DNA from: Rhodothalassiaceae bacterium
GTDB taxonomy: Bacteria > Pseudomonadota > Alphaproteobacteria > Sphingomonadales > Rhodothalassiaceae
Reading direction: 5' to 3'
Assembly (NCBI GenBank): GCA_026004935.1
Contig: BPKC01000001.1
Coordinates: forward strand, 1,123,491 to 1,155,490
DNA length: 32,000 nucleotides
A model generated the notes under the pieces. That model did not search any database. It had not been told where the DNA came from and was given only the letters and a program-made list of their open reading frames with translations. Of the stretch, positions 18,412 through 27,050 are shown one piece after another. Positions within the stretch are counted from its first letter, which is position 1, and every line of letters begins with the position of its first letter. Both the position numbers and the translations under genes were made by a program.

Positions 18412-18945
18412 ATGTCGCGCATTGGCAAGAAACCCATCGCGATCCCGAGCGGGGTGGAGGTGCGCCTCGACGGCCGCGAGATTTCCGTGAAGGGTCCGAA
18501 GGGCGCGCTGTCGCTGACGCTCGAGGAGGATGTGGAGGTCACCCGCGAGGGTGACGAGATCCTCGTCAGACCCCGCAACGACAGCCGCCGGGCGCGCGCC
18601 ATGTGGGGCATGCAGCGCAGCCTGGTCGCCAATCTGGTCGAGGGTGTGACGAAGGGTTTCGAGAAGAAGCTCGTGATCCAGGGCGTCGGCTACCGCGCCC
18701 AGGCCCAGGGCCGGAAGGTGCGTCTGCAGCTCGGCTTCAGCCACGACATCGAGTACGACGTGCCGGAGGGCATCAAGGTGGAGACGCCGGACCAGACGAC
18801 CATCGTGGTCTCGGGGATCGACAAGCAGAAGGTCGGCCAGGTGGCCGCCGAGCTGCGCGCCTATCGTCCGCCGGAGCCCTACAAGGGCAAGGGTGTGCGC
18901 TACGAGAACGAGTACGTCTTCCGCAAGGAAGGCAAGAAGAAGTAA
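18412..18945 (+). CDS. rplF: 50S ribosomal protein L6
   Basis: 177-aa [37 protein letters not shown]...[24 protein letters not shown]. Confidence 0.97.
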   Translation: MSRIGKKPIAIPSGVEVRLDGREISVKGPKGALSLTLEEDVEVTREGDEILVRPRNDSRRARAMWGMQRSLVANLVEGVTKGFEKKLVIQGVGYRAQAQGRKVRLQLGFSHDIEYDVPEGIKVETPDQTTIVVSGIDKQKVGQVAAELRAYRPPEPYKGKGVRYENEYVFRKEGKKK

Positions 18946-18963
18946 CGCGAGGGCGAACCAGCC

Positions 18964-19320
18964 ATGAGCAAGCATGACGAACTTTTCGAGCGGCGTCGTC
19001 GGCGCACGCGCTACAAGCTCCGGCTGAAGGCGGCCGGACGCCCGCGGCTTTCGGTCCACCGCTCGAACAAGCACATCTACGCCCAGGTGATCGACGATGC
19101 GGCCGGGCGCACGCTCGCCTTCGCCTCGACGCTGGATGAATCGCTGCGCGGGAAGTTCGGCTGCACGATCGAGGGCGCGAAGGCCGTCGGCAAGCTGATC
19201 GCCGAGCGCGCGAAGGCGGCGGGGGTGGAAGCCGTGGTCTTCGATCGCGGCGGCTACATCTATCACGGCCGCGTGAAGGCGCTGGCCGAGGCCGCGCGCG
19301 AGGGCGGTCTCAAATTCTGA
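18964..19320 (+). CDS. rplR: 50S ribosomal protein L18
   Basis: 118-aa ORF, ...[32 protein letters not shown]...[28 protein letters not shown]. Confidence 0.96.
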   Translation: MSKHDELFERRRRRTRYKLRLKAAGRPRLSVHRSNKHIYAQVIDDAAGRTLAFASTLDESLRGKFGCTIEGAKAVGKLIAERAKAAGVEAVVFDRGGYIYHGRVKALAEAAREGGLKF

Positions 19321-19378
19321 CGGGTGAGGTCGGCGCCGGCCCGGCCGGCGCGATGGCAGGACAAGAGGAAGACGAGGA

Positions 19379-19936
19379 ATGGCACGGCCGAGAGCGGCGG
19401 AGCGCGAGGACAGCCAGTTCATCGAGAAGCTCGTCCACATCAACCGCGTGGCGAAGGTGGTCAAGGGCGGGCGGCGCTTCGGATTTGCGGCGCTGGTGGT
19501 GGTCGGCGACGGGCGCGGGCGCGTGGGCTTCGGCCACGGCAAGGCGCGCGAGGTGCCCGAGGCCATCCGCAAGGCGACCGAGGCGGCCAAGCGTGCGATG
19601 ATCCGGGTGCCGCTGCGCGAGGGCCGCACACTCCATCACGACAGCACCGGCCATCATGACGCCGGCCGCGTGATCGTGCGCTCGGCCGAGCCCGGCACCG
19701 GAATCATCGCGGGCGGCCCCATGCGCGCGGTTTTCGAGGCGCTCGGGATTCAGGACGTGGTGGCGAAATCGCTCGGCACCTCCAATCCCTACAACATGGT
19801 CCGCGCCACCTTCGATGCGCTGAAGCGCCAGGCGAGCCCGCGCCAGATCGCGGCACGGCGGGGGCTCAAGGTCGGCGAGCTGGTGGCGCGCCGCGCGGCG
19901 GTCGAAGGTCGTCAGAGCGAGCAGGAGAACGGCTGA
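19379..19936 (+). CDS. rpsE: 30S ribosomal protein S5
   Basis: 185-aa ORF, ...[53 protein letters not shown].... Confidence 0.96.
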   Translation: MARPRAAEREDSQFIEKLVHINRVAKVVKGGRRFGFAALVVVGDGRGRVGFGHGKAREVPEAIRKATEAAKRAMIRVPLREGRTLHHDSTGHHDAGRVIVRSAEPGTGIIAGGPMRAVFEALGIQDVVAKSLGTSNPYNMVRATFDALKRQASPRQIAARRGLKVGELVARRAAVEGRQSEQENG

Positions 19937-20130
19937 TGGCGGCAAACAAGGACAGGCGGATCCGCGTCACGCAGATCGGCAGCCCCATCCGGCGCCGCAA
20001 GGACCAGCGGGCGACCCTGATCGGGCTCGGCCTCAACAGGATGAACCGCACGCGCCTGCTGCCCGACACCCCGGCGGTGCGCGGCATGATCGCCAAGGTC
20101 CGGCACCTCGTGCGGGTGGAGGAAGTCTGA
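19936..20130 (+). CDS. rpmD: 50S ribosomal protein L30
   Basis: 64-aa ORF, ...[56 protein letters not shown]. It has a TGATG overlap with rpsE. Confidence 0.94.
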   Translation: MAANKDRRIRVTQIGSPIRRRKDQRATLIGLGLNRMNRTRLLPDTPAVRGMIAKVRHLVRVEEV

Positions 20131-20173
20131 AGGGGCCCCGGCCCGGCAGACACGGGATGTGAGGAAGACAGTC

Positions 20174-20671
20174 ATGCGGCTGAACGAGCTCAAGGATCGC
20201 CCCGGTGCGCGCCGCAACCGGATCCGGGTCGGGCGCGGCATCGGCTCGGGCAAGGGCAAGACCGCCGGGCGCGGCCACAAGGGTGCGAAGGCGCGCGCGG
20301 GCACCAGCATCAACGGCTTCGAAGGCGGCCAGATGCCGATTCACCGCCGGATGCCGAAGCGCGGCTTCAACCCGCTGCGGCGCAAGCAGGTGGCGCTCGT
20401 GAATCTGGGGCGTCTGCAGGACGCCATCACGCGCGGCCGGATCGATGCGGGCAAGCCCATCGACGAAGAGGTGCTGCGCGCGGCCGGCCTGATCGACAAG
20501 GCGCGCGACGGCATCCGCCTGCTCGCGAAGGGCGAGCTCAAGACGAAGATCGAGATCACCGTCGATCATGCCTCCGCAGCCGCGCTGAAGGCGGTCGAGG
20601 CGCTGGGCGGAAAGGTGCATCTGCGTGCCGGCGCCGCGGCGGAGGAGACCGCGGGGGCGCAGCAGGACTGA
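20174..20671 (+). CDS. rplO: 50S ribosomal protein L15
   Basis: [43 protein letters not shown].... I chose the ATG at 20174, with GAGGAAG 7 nt upstream. The track's GTG at 20159 is a 5-codon extension. Confidence 0.94.
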   Translation: MRLNELKDRPGARRNRIRVGRGIGSGKGKTAGRGHKGAKARAGTSINGFEGGQMPIHRRMPKRGFNPLRRKQVALVNLGRLQDAITRGRIDAGKPIDEEVLRAAGLIDKARDGIRLLAKGELKTKIEITVDHASAAALKAVEALGGKVHLRAGAAAEETAGAQQD

Positions 20672-20761
20672 GGATGACGCGCGTGGCGCCGGCCGCCGCG
20701 CGCAGGGATGATCGGCGGCGGGAGGGCTCGTTCCTTCCGCAAGAAGGATGAAGCAGGCAGC

Positions 20762-22093
20762 ATGGTCTCGGCGGCGGAACAGCTGGCGCGCAACTTCAGC
20801 TGGGGCACCTTCGCGAAAGCGGAGGAGCTCAAGAAGCGCCTGTGGTTCACGCTGGGGGCGCTCGTCGTCTACCGGCTGCTCACCTACGTGCCGCTTCCCG
20901 GCATCGATCCGACCGCGCTGGCCCAGTTCTTCCAGCGCACGGCGGGCGGCGTCGTCGATCTCTTCAACATGTTCGCCGGCGGGGCGCTGGAGCGCATGTC
21001 GATCGTGGCGCTCGGCATCATGCCCTATATTTCGGCCTCGATCATCATGCAGCTGCTGACCTCCATGTCGCCGCAGCTGGCGGAGCTGAAGAAGGAGGGC
21101 GAGGTCGGCCGCAAGAAGATCAACCAGTACACCCGTTACGGCACGGTGCTGCTCACCGCCATCCAGGGCTACGGCCTTGCGCGGGCGCTCGAATCCCAGG
21201 GGCTCGTGCTCGATCCCGGGCTGTTCTTCGAGGCCTCGGCCGTGATCACGCTGGTGGGCGGGACGATGTTCCTCATGTGGCTCGGCGAGCAGATCACCCA
21301 GCGCGGCGTCGGCAACGGCATCTCGCTCATCATCTATGCCGGCATCGTCGCCGCGCTGCCGCGGGCGATCGCCCAGGCGCTGGAACTCGGCCGGCAGGGC
21401 ATTCTCTCGCCGATCGGGATCGTTCTGCTCCTGATCGGCGTCGTCGCGCTGATCGCCTTCATCGTGTTCGTCGAGCGTGCCCAGCGCCGCATCACGATCC
21501 AGTATCCCAAGCGCCAGGTCGGCAATCGTCTGTTCCAGGGAGACACATCCCACCTGCCCCTGAAACTCAACACCTCGGGCGTGATCCCGCCGATCTTCGC
21601 AAGCTCGCTTCTGCTGATGCCGGCCACCATCGGCCAGTTCGCGGGCTCGGGCGGGCCGGAGTGGCTGACCTATGTGACGGCCATCCTGGGCCACGGCCAG
21701 CCGCTCTACATCCTGCTCTATGCCCTCGGCATCATCTTCTTCGCCTTCTTCTACACCGCCGTCATCTTCAATCCGGAGGAGACCGCCGACAATCTGAAGC
21801 AGCACGGCGGCTTCATCCCCGGCATCCGTCCGGGCAAGCGCACCGCGGAGTATCTCGACCACGTGCTGACACGGCTGACGGCGGCCGGCTCCATCTATCT
21901 TGCGATCGTCTGCATCATTCCCGAGATTCTGATCGCGCGCTACCAGATCCCCTTCTATCTGGGTGGCACCAGCCTGCTGATCGTGGTCTCGGTGACGATG
22001 GACACGATCACCCAGATCCATTCCCATCTGCTCGCCCACCAATACGAGGGCCTGCTCAAGAAGGCCCGGCTGAAGGGAGGCCGCATGCGATGA
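20762..22093 (+). CDS. secY: Preprotein translocase subunit SecY
   Basis: MVSAAEQLARNFSWGTFAKAEELKKRLWFTLGALVVYRLLTYVPLPGID..., 443 aa with many hydrophobic segments. I chose the ATG at 20762 within track ORF 20708..22093. The start is uncertain by ~18 codons. Confidence 0.95.
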   Translation: MVSAAEQLARNFSWGTFAKAEELKKRLWFTLGALVVYRLLTYVPLPGIDPTALAQFFQRTAGGVVDLFNMFAGGALERMSIVALGIMPYISASIIMQLLTSMSPQLAELKKEGEVGRKKINQYTRYGTVLLTAIQGYGLARALESQGLVLDPGLFFEASAVITLVGGTMFLMWLGEQITQRGVGNGISLIIYAGIVAALPRAIAQALELGRQGILSPIGIVLLLIGVVALIAFIVFVERAQRRITIQYPKRQVGNRLFQGDTSHLPLKLNTSGVIPPIFASSLLLMPATIGQFAGSGGPEWLTYVTAILGHGQPLYILLYALGIIFFAFFYTAVIFNPEETADNLKQHGGFIPGIRPGKRTAEYLDHVLTRLTAAGSIYLAIVCIIPEILIARYQIPFYLGGTSLLIVVSVTMDTITQIHSHLLAHQYEGLLKKARLKGGRMR

Positions 22094-22776
22094 TCATCAT
22101 TCTTCTGGGACCGCCGGGCGCCGGCAAGGGCACCCAGGCCCAGCGGCTGGAGCGCGAACACGGCCTCAAGCAGCTCTCGACCGGCGACATGCTGCGAGCG
22201 GCCGCGAAGTCGGGCACCGAGATCGGCCTCAAGGCCAAGGCGGTGATGGACCGGGGCGAGCTGGTCAGCGACGAGATCGTCGTCCAGATCATCGCCGAGG
22301 CGTTGACGCGCGACGAATGCGCGAACGGCTACATCCTGGATGGTTTCCCGCGCACGCTCGCCCAGGCGGGCGCGCTGGACGCGATGCTCGAGGAGCGCGG
22401 CAAGCGGCTCGATGCCGTGGTCGAGATCGTCGTGCCCGAGGAGCTCGTCGTCGAGCGGATTTCGGGGCGCTTCATCTGCGCGAAATGCGGGGCGACCTAT
22501 CACGACAAGTACCGCCTGCCGAAGAACGACATGGTCTGCGACGTCTGCGGCTCGGAGGAGTTCGTGCGCCGTGACGACGACCGGCCCGAGGCGGTGCGCG
22601 AGCGGCTCAAGGCCTACCGCGCCCAGACCGAACCACTGCTGCCGTACTACCGCGAGCGCGGCGTGCTGATCCAGGTCGACGGCAGCGGCAGCGTCGAGGA
22701 GGTGGCCCGCGCGATCGACGAGGCGCTGGGCATCACGGACCTCAGGCCCCCCGCCTGCGCAGGCGGCGAGGGGTGA
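22090..22776 (+). CDS. adk: Adenylate kinase (long form with a Cys4 lid)
   Basis: MIIILLGPPGAGKGTQAQRLEREHGLKQLSTGDMLRAA...YILDGFPRTLAQA.... The lid is CAKCGATYHDKYRLPKNDMVCDVCG (CxxC...CxxC). The start has an ATGA overlap with the secY stop. The gene lies in-frame inside the spurious track ORF 20842..22776. Confidence 0.96.
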   Translation: MIIILLGPPGAGKGTQAQRLEREHGLKQLSTGDMLRAAAKSGTEIGLKAKAVMDRGELVSDEIVVQIIAEALTRDECANGYILDGFPRTLAQAGALDAMLEERGKRLDAVVEIVVPEELVVERISGRFICAKCGATYHDKYRLPKNDMVCDVCGSEEFVRRDDDRPEAVRERLKAYRAQTEPLLPYYRERGVLIQVDGSGSVEEVARAIDEALGITDLRPPACAGGEG

Positions 22777-22783
22777 GGAAGTG

Positions 22784-22812
22784 TTGACCTTCGTCGGGAA
22801 TTGCGGTAAGCG
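22784..22812 (+). promoter_or_regulatory. Weak candidate promoter for the rpsM (alpha) cluster
   Basis: TTGACC (22784-22789), a 17-nt spacer, then TAAGCG. The -35 is good and the -10 is poor. It begins 8 nt after the adk stop. Confidence 0.25.
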
Positions 22813-22870
22813 CGCCGGCGCTCGGTGGCGGCCGACGCATCCCGCGAAGGTGACGATCACGAAGGCGACA

Positions 22871-22894
22871 GGCGGCAGATCGGGATCTGCCGCC
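22871..22894 (+). other. 24-bp near-perfect palindrome / strong stem-loop in the adk-rpsM spacer
   Basis: GGCGGCAGATC-GG-GATCTGCCGCC has 11 complementary positions per arm, realistically a 10-bp stem with a CGGG loop. It ends 35 nt before the rpsM GTG and has no U-tract after it. Confidence 0.6.
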
Positions 22895-22928
22895 GTCATG
22901 TCAGTCGGCGAGACGGGAGAACGGTAAC

Positions 22929-23297
22929 GTGGCGCGCATTGCTGGTGTCAACATTCCGACCGACAAGAGGGTCGAGATCGCGCTGACCTACATCTACGGG
23001 ATCGGGCGCACGCGGGCGAAGGAGATCTGCCGGGCGCTCGGGATTCCGGAAGAGCGGCGCGTGCGGGATCTTTCGGAACCCGAGGTCATCCGGATCCGCG
23101 AGTACATTGACGACCACTTCGTGGTGGAAGGCGATCTCCGGCGCGAGGTCGCCATGAACATCAAGCGGCTGATGGACCTCGGCTGCTATCGCGGGCTGCG
23201 CCACCGCAAGGGTCTGCCGGTGCGCGGCCAGCGCACCCACACCAACGCCCGCACGCGCAAGGGCAAGGCGAAGCCGATCGCCGGCAAGAAGAAGTAA
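22929..23297 (+). CDS. rpsM: 30S ribosomal protein S13
   Basis: 122-aa ORF with a GTG start, [34 protein letters not shown]...[30 protein letters not shown] lies ~10 nt upstream. Confidence 0.96.
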   Translation: MARIAGVNIPTDKRVEIALTYIYGIGRTRAKEICRALGIPEERRVRDLSEPEVIRIREYIDDHFVVEGDLRREVAMNIKRLMDLGCYRGLRHRKGLPVRGQRTHTNARTRKGKAKPIAGKKK

Positions 23298-23301
23298 GCG
23301 G

Positions 23302-23340
23302 CCGCCGTTCCGCTCCCGGCAGCCGGGGAAGGAACGGCGG
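23302..23340 (+). other. Extended stem-loop immediately after the rpsM stop
   Basis: CCGCCGTTCC...GGAACGGCGG forms a 10-bp outer helix. It encloses a 3x3 internal loop and an inner CCCGGC/GCCGGG helix. It is followed by ATCCAGCAATGC, with no U-run. The rpsM-rpsK spacer is 116 nt. Confidence 0.5.
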
Positions 23341-23413
23341 ATCCAGCAATGCACGCCCGTCCGCCATCCCGAGCGGCCGGGCGGTGCCCGGAGAAACGAG
23401 AGTCGAGGACGCC

Positions 23414-23803
23414 ATGGCCAAGGAATCGACGCGACTGAAGCGGCGCGAGCGCAAGAACATCACGCGCGCGGTTGCGCATATCAGCGCCACCTTCAACAAC
23501 ACGATGATCACCATCACCGACCAGCAGGGCAACACGATCGCCTGGTCGTCGGCGGGCGCGAGCGGGTTCAAGGGTTCGCGCAAATCCACCCCCTATGCGG
23601 CGCAGGTCGCGGCCGAGGCGGCGGGGCGCAAGGCCCAGGAGCACGGCGTCAAGGAGATGGCGATCGAGGTCAAGGGCCCGGGCTCCGGGCGCGAGTCGGC
23701 GATCCGCGCGCTTGCGGGCCTCGGCTTCGTGATCACCTCGATCCGCGACGTGACACCCATTCCGCACAACGGCTGCCGCCCGCGCAAGCGGCGCCGCGTG
23801 TGA
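23414..23803 (+). CDS. rpsK: 30S ribosomal protein S11
   Basis: [64 protein letters not shown].... I chose the ATG at 23414 within track ORF 23384..23803. Confidence 0.96.
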   Translation: MAKESTRLKRRERKNITRAVAHISATFNNTMITITDQQGNTIAWSSAGASGFKGSRKSTPYAAQVAAEAAGRKAQEHGVKEMAIEVKGPGSGRESAIRALAGLGFVITSIRDVTPIPHNGCRPRKRRRV

Positions 23804-23879
23804 CGGGGCGAGGTTGCCGAGCACCGGTCCGCGCCATGGCGGCCGCGGGCCAGCAGACGAAGAATGCGAGGTCAAGACC

Positions 23880-24896
23880 GTGATTCACAAGAACTGGCAG
23901 GCACTGATCAAGCCGAGCAAGATCGACATCATCCCGGGCGCGGATCCCGCGCGCCGCGCCAAGCTCGTCGTCGAGCCGCTCGAGCGCGGGTTTGGCACGA
24001 CGCTGGGCAACGCGCTGCGCCGGGTGCTGCTGTCCTCGCTGCAGGGCGGTGCGGTGACCGCGATCCAGATAGAGGGGGTGCTGCACGAGTTCTCCTCGAT
24101 CCCCGGCGTGCGCGAGGACGTCACCGACATCGTTCTCAACGTCAAGCAGATCCCGATCCGGGTGAACGTGGAGGGCACGAAGCGCCTGCATCTCACGGCC
24201 ACGGGGCCGGGCGAGGTGACGGCCGGGCAGATCCAGGAGGTCGCGGGCGTCGAGATCCTCGACAAGGATCTCGTGATCTGCACGCTCGATGAGAACACGA
24301 CGATCAACATGGAGCTCTACGTCGCCTCGGGGAAGGGCTACGTCCCGGCCGAGCGCAACCGGCCCGACGATGCGCCCATCGGGCTGATTCCGGTCGATTC
24401 CATCTTCTCGCCGGTGAAAAGGGTCGCCTACCGCGTCGAGAACACGCGCGAGGGCCAGATCCTCGACTACGACAAGCTGACCCTCGAGGTGGAGACCGAC
24501 GGCACGGTCAGTCCCGAGGATGCCGTGGCCTATGCCGCGCGGATTCTTCAGGACCAGCTCCAGATCTTCATCAATTTCGAGGAGCCGCGCCGTCTCGAGG
24601 AGCGCCGCGAAGAGGAGGCGCTTCCCTTCAATCCGAACCTGCTTCGGCGGGTGGACGAGCTCGAACTGTCGGTGCGTTCGGCGAACTGCCTCAAGAACGA
24701 GAACATCGTCTACATCGGCGATCTCGTGCAGAAGACCGAGGCGGAGATGCTGCGCACCCCGAACTTCGGGCGCAAATCCTTGAACGAGATCAAGGAGGTC
24801 CTCGCGCAGATGGGGCTCAAGCTCGGCATGGAGGTGCCCGGCTGGCCGCCGGAGAACATCGAGGAACTCGCAAAGAAGCTGGAAACCGAATACTGA
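23880..24896 (+). CDS. rpoA: DNA-directed RNA polymerase subunit alpha
   Basis: (V/M)[55 protein letters not shown]...[25 protein letters not shown] infer a GTG start at 23880, which gives 338 aa and has GCGAGG 9 nt upstream. The track ORF starting at 23814 adds a non-conserved extension. Confidence 0.94.
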   Translation: MIHKNWQALIKPSKIDIIPGADPARRAKLVVEPLERGFGTTLGNALRRVLLSSLQGGAVTAIQIEGVLHEFSSIPGVREDVTDIVLNVKQIPIRVNVEGTKRLHLTATGPGEVTAGQIQEVAGVEILDKDLVICTLDENTTINMELYVASGKGYVPAERNRPDDAPIGLIPVDSIFSPVKRVAYRVENTREGQILDYDKLTLEVETDGTVSPEDAVAYAARILQDQLQIFINFEEPRRLEERREEEALPFNPNLLRRVDELELSVRSANCLKNENIVYIGDLVQKTEAEMLRTPNFGRKSLNEIKEVLAQMGLKLGMEVPGWPPENIEELAKKLETEY

Positions 24897-24950
24897 CCGG
24901 GCCGCCCGGCGGCGGTGACGCCGGCGAGCCGGGCGAAGGGGAGACGAGCC

Positions 24951-25361
24951 ATGCGGCACAGGAACGCGGGACGCAAGCTCAACCGCACGAGCGAGCATCG
25001 GCGCGCGCTGCTGATGAACCTCGCCAAGTCGCTGATCCGCCACGAGCAGATCACGACGACGCTGGCCAAGGGCAAGGAGCTCAGGCCCCATGTCGAGAAG
25101 CTGATCACCAGGGCCAAGAAGGGCGGGCTTGCCAACCGCCGTCTGGTGCTGGCGAAGCTTCAGGACGAGGAGATGACGCGCAAGCTCTTCGGCGAGCTCG
25201 CCGAGCGCTACAGGGATCGCCCGGGCGGCTATGTGCGGGTGCTGAAGGCGGGCTTCCGCCAGGGCGACAATGCGCCGATGGCCATCGTCGAGCTGGTCGA
25301 CCGCAATCCCGAAGCCAAGGGGGCGGGCGAGCGCGCGGTCGAGGAGGCCGAGGCCGCCTGA
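24951..25361 (+). CDS. rplQ: 50S ribosomal protein L17
   Basis: [58 protein letters not shown].... The ATG at 24951 has AAGGGGAGA upstream. Confidence 0.96.
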   Translation: MRHRNAGRKLNRTSEHRRALLMNLAKSLIRHEQITTTLAKGKELRPHVEKLITRAKKGGLANRRLVLAKLQDEEMTRKLFGELAERYRDRPGGYVRVLKAGFRQGDNAPMAIVELVDRNPEAKGAGERAVEEAEAA

Positions 25362-25393
25362 GAGCTGCGGACGACGACGGCATGCGTTCTGGC

Positions 25394-25422
25394 GCCCGCT
25401 CTGCCGCATCCGCAGGGCGGGC
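25394..25422 (+). terminator. Stem-loop 33 nt after the rplQ stop; candidate terminator of the ribosomal cluster
   Basis: GCCCGCTCTGC-CGCATCC-GCAGGGCGGGC forms an 11-bp stem with one G-U pair. It is followed by GTCGTGTCATTATCG, a T-containing but weak tract. Confidence 0.4.
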
Positions 25423-25498
25423 GTCGTGTCATTATCGCCCCTTGCCGCTTTCTCGCCGCGATATCCCGGCACGGCATGAGGGGCGGACCCGGCGCGCC

Positions 25499-25526
25499 TT
25501 GCGCGGCGGCCGGCAGCTGATATAGG
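25499..25526 (+). promoter_or_regulatory. Candidate extended -10 promoter for the protease gene
   Basis: TTGCGC, a 16-nt spacer, then TATAGG, preceded by TGa (an extended -10 TGnTATAGG). It lies ~40 nt upstream of the ATG at 25569. Confidence 0.3.
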
Positions 25527-25568
25527 CCGGAAAGCCGGCTCGGCAGGTACAGGAAGGGAACTCGGGTC

Positions 25569-27044
25569 ATGCGGGCGGGACGCGCAGGGGCGGTCGTGCG
25601 CCATCTCGGGGTGGCTCTGCTGCTCGGCCTTGCGGCCGCGGGCGGAGCGCCGGCGGCAGCTCAGCAGACAGCCGTGGTGCCGACCGGCATGGCCGAGGTC
25701 CGGCTGAGCTTCGCGCCGGTCGTCAAGAAGGTCGCGCCGGCGGTCGTAAACATCTATGCGGCGCGCAAGGTCGTCGTGCGTTCCCCGCTCTTCGCCGATC
25801 CCTTCTTCCAGCGCTTTCTGGGGCGCGACTTCGCATTCGGGATGCCCCGCGAACGGATCGAGCGCTCGCTGGGCTCCGGCGTGCTCGTGCGCGAGGACGG
25901 CCTCGTCGTCACCAACACCCATGTCATCGGCGAAGCCGACGTCATCCGCGTCGTGCTGGCGGACCGGCGCGAATTCGACGCGCAGGTGCTGCTCGCCGAC
26001 AAGCGCACCGATCTCGCCGTTCTGAGACTGAAGGTGGAAGGTGACGTGCGGTTTCCCGTCGTTCCGCTTGGCGACTCGGATGCCGTCGAGGTCGGCGACA
26101 TCGTGCTCGCCATCGGCAACCCCTTCGGCATCGGCCAGACGGTGACTTCCGGCATCATCTCGGCGACCGCCCGCACCAACATCGGCACCTCCGATTTCGG
26201 CTTCTATCTGCAGACGGATGCCGCCATCAATCCGGGCAATTCGGGCGGCGCGCTGGTCGGACTGGACGGTCGGCTGGTCGGCATCAACGCCGCGATCTTC
26301 TCGCGCACCGGAGAATCGGCCGGCATCGGCTTCGCCATTCCCGTCAACATGGTGAAGGCGGTGCTGATGGCCGCGACCCATGGCGGCGAGCTCGTGCGCA
26401 ACTGGCTCGGCGCCGCCTATCAACCGGTGACCCCCGATCTCGCCGAGGCGCTCGGGCTCGACCGGCCCGGCGGCGTGCTCGTGCGCATGCTGGCCGCAGA
26501 CGGGCCCGGCGCGCGCGCGGGTTTGAGCGAAGGCGACGTGATCATCGCGGTGAACGGCCACGAGGTCCTCGACGAGGCGGCGCTCAAGTTCCGGCTTGCC
26601 ACCTATCCCGCCGGCAGCCGCGTGACGCTCACGATCCTGCGCGAAGGACGCAAACTCGAGCTTCCCGTCGTGCTCGAGCCGCTGCCGGATGCGCCGCCGC
26701 CCGAGCCCACTACGCTGAAGGGCCGCAATCCCTTCCAGGGGGTGACCTTCGGCAATCTCTCCCCGCGGCTCGCGGACCGGCTGGGCATCGATCCCCTCAC
26801 CCGCGGTGTCGTGGTGCTCAAGGTCGACCCGCGGGCGCCGGCGGCCCAGCTCGGCTGGCTGCGGCCGGGCGATATCGTCGAGCAGGCGGCCGGGCGCGAC
26901 ATCCGCTCTGTCGCGGATCTCGCCGCGCTCGACGAGCAGGAGGGCTGGGACCGCTGGCCCTTCCGGGTGCGCCGCGGGCGCGAGCGGCTCGCCTGCGTCG
27001 TCTACCGCTCGGGCGCGGTGGACTGCCGCTCGGGCCCGATCTGA
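25569..27044 (+). CDS. Periplasmic serine endoprotease, HtrA/DegP/DegQ family
   Basis: 491-aa ORF. The N-terminus looks like a signal peptide (LGVALLLGLAAAGGAPAAAQQ). The catalytic triad contexts are VVTNTHV, TDLAVLRL and GNSGGALV. The C-terminal half contains two PDZ-like segments (GGVLVRMLAADGPGARAGLSEGDVIIAVNG and RGVVVLKVDPRAPAAQLGWLRPGDIV). Confidence 0.92.
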   Translation: MRAGRAGAVVRHLGVALLLGLAAAGGAPAAAQQTAVVPTGMAEVRLSFAPVVKKVAPAVVNIYAARKVVVRSPLFADPFFQRFLGRDFAFGMPRERIERSLGSGVLVREDGLVVTNTHVIGEADVIRVVLADRREFDAQVLLADKRTDLAVLRLKVEGDVRFPVVPLGDSDAVEVGDIVLAIGNPFGIGQTVTSGIISATARTNIGTSDFGFYLQTDAAINPGNSGGALVGLDGRLVGINAAIFSRTGESAGIGFAIPVNMVKAVLMAATHGGELVRNWLGAAYQPVTPDLAEALGLDRPGGVLVRMLAADGPGARAGLSEGDVIIAVNGHEVLDEAALKFRLATYPAGSRVTLTILREGRKLELPVVLEPLPDAPPPEPTTLKGRNPFQGVTFGNLSPRLADRLGIDPLTRGVVVLKVDPRAPAAQLGWLRPGDIVEQAAGRDIRSVADLAALDEQEGWDRWPFRVRRGRERLACVVYRSGAVDCRSGPI

Positions 27045-27050
27045 TCCGGC

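Noticed and set aside
20676-20702. GC-rich imperfect hairpins in short spacers, for example after rplO (20676-20702), after rpsH (18339-18355) and in the lepB leader (about 31100-31120).
   Set aside because: The stems are short or imperfect (5-9 bp with bulges), which is expected by chance at this GC content. They have no U-tracts and no other support.
22477-22548. A Cys4 (CxxC...CxxC) metal-binding lid in adenylate kinase.
   Set aside because: This is a known structural variant of bacterial Adk, the zinc-lid form. It is not novel and is recorded only as supporting evidence for the adk call.
22777-22928. Possible missing or degraded rpmJ (L36) or infA between adk and rpsM, and a missing rpsD between rpsK and rpoA (23804..23879).
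   Set aside because: No frame in these spacers encodes anything like L36, IF1 or S4. To my knowledge these genes are normally absent from this locus in Alphaproteobacteria, so this is not a deletion or pseudogene.
25498-25526. A heat-shock (sigma32-type, CTTG-N17-CYTATNT) promoter upstream of the HtrA/DegP-like protease gene.
   Set aside because: CTTG is present, but at the required spacing the -10 reads GATATAG, which matches only about half of the consensus. The site reads better as an ordinary extended -10 sigma70 candidate, and even that has low confidence.
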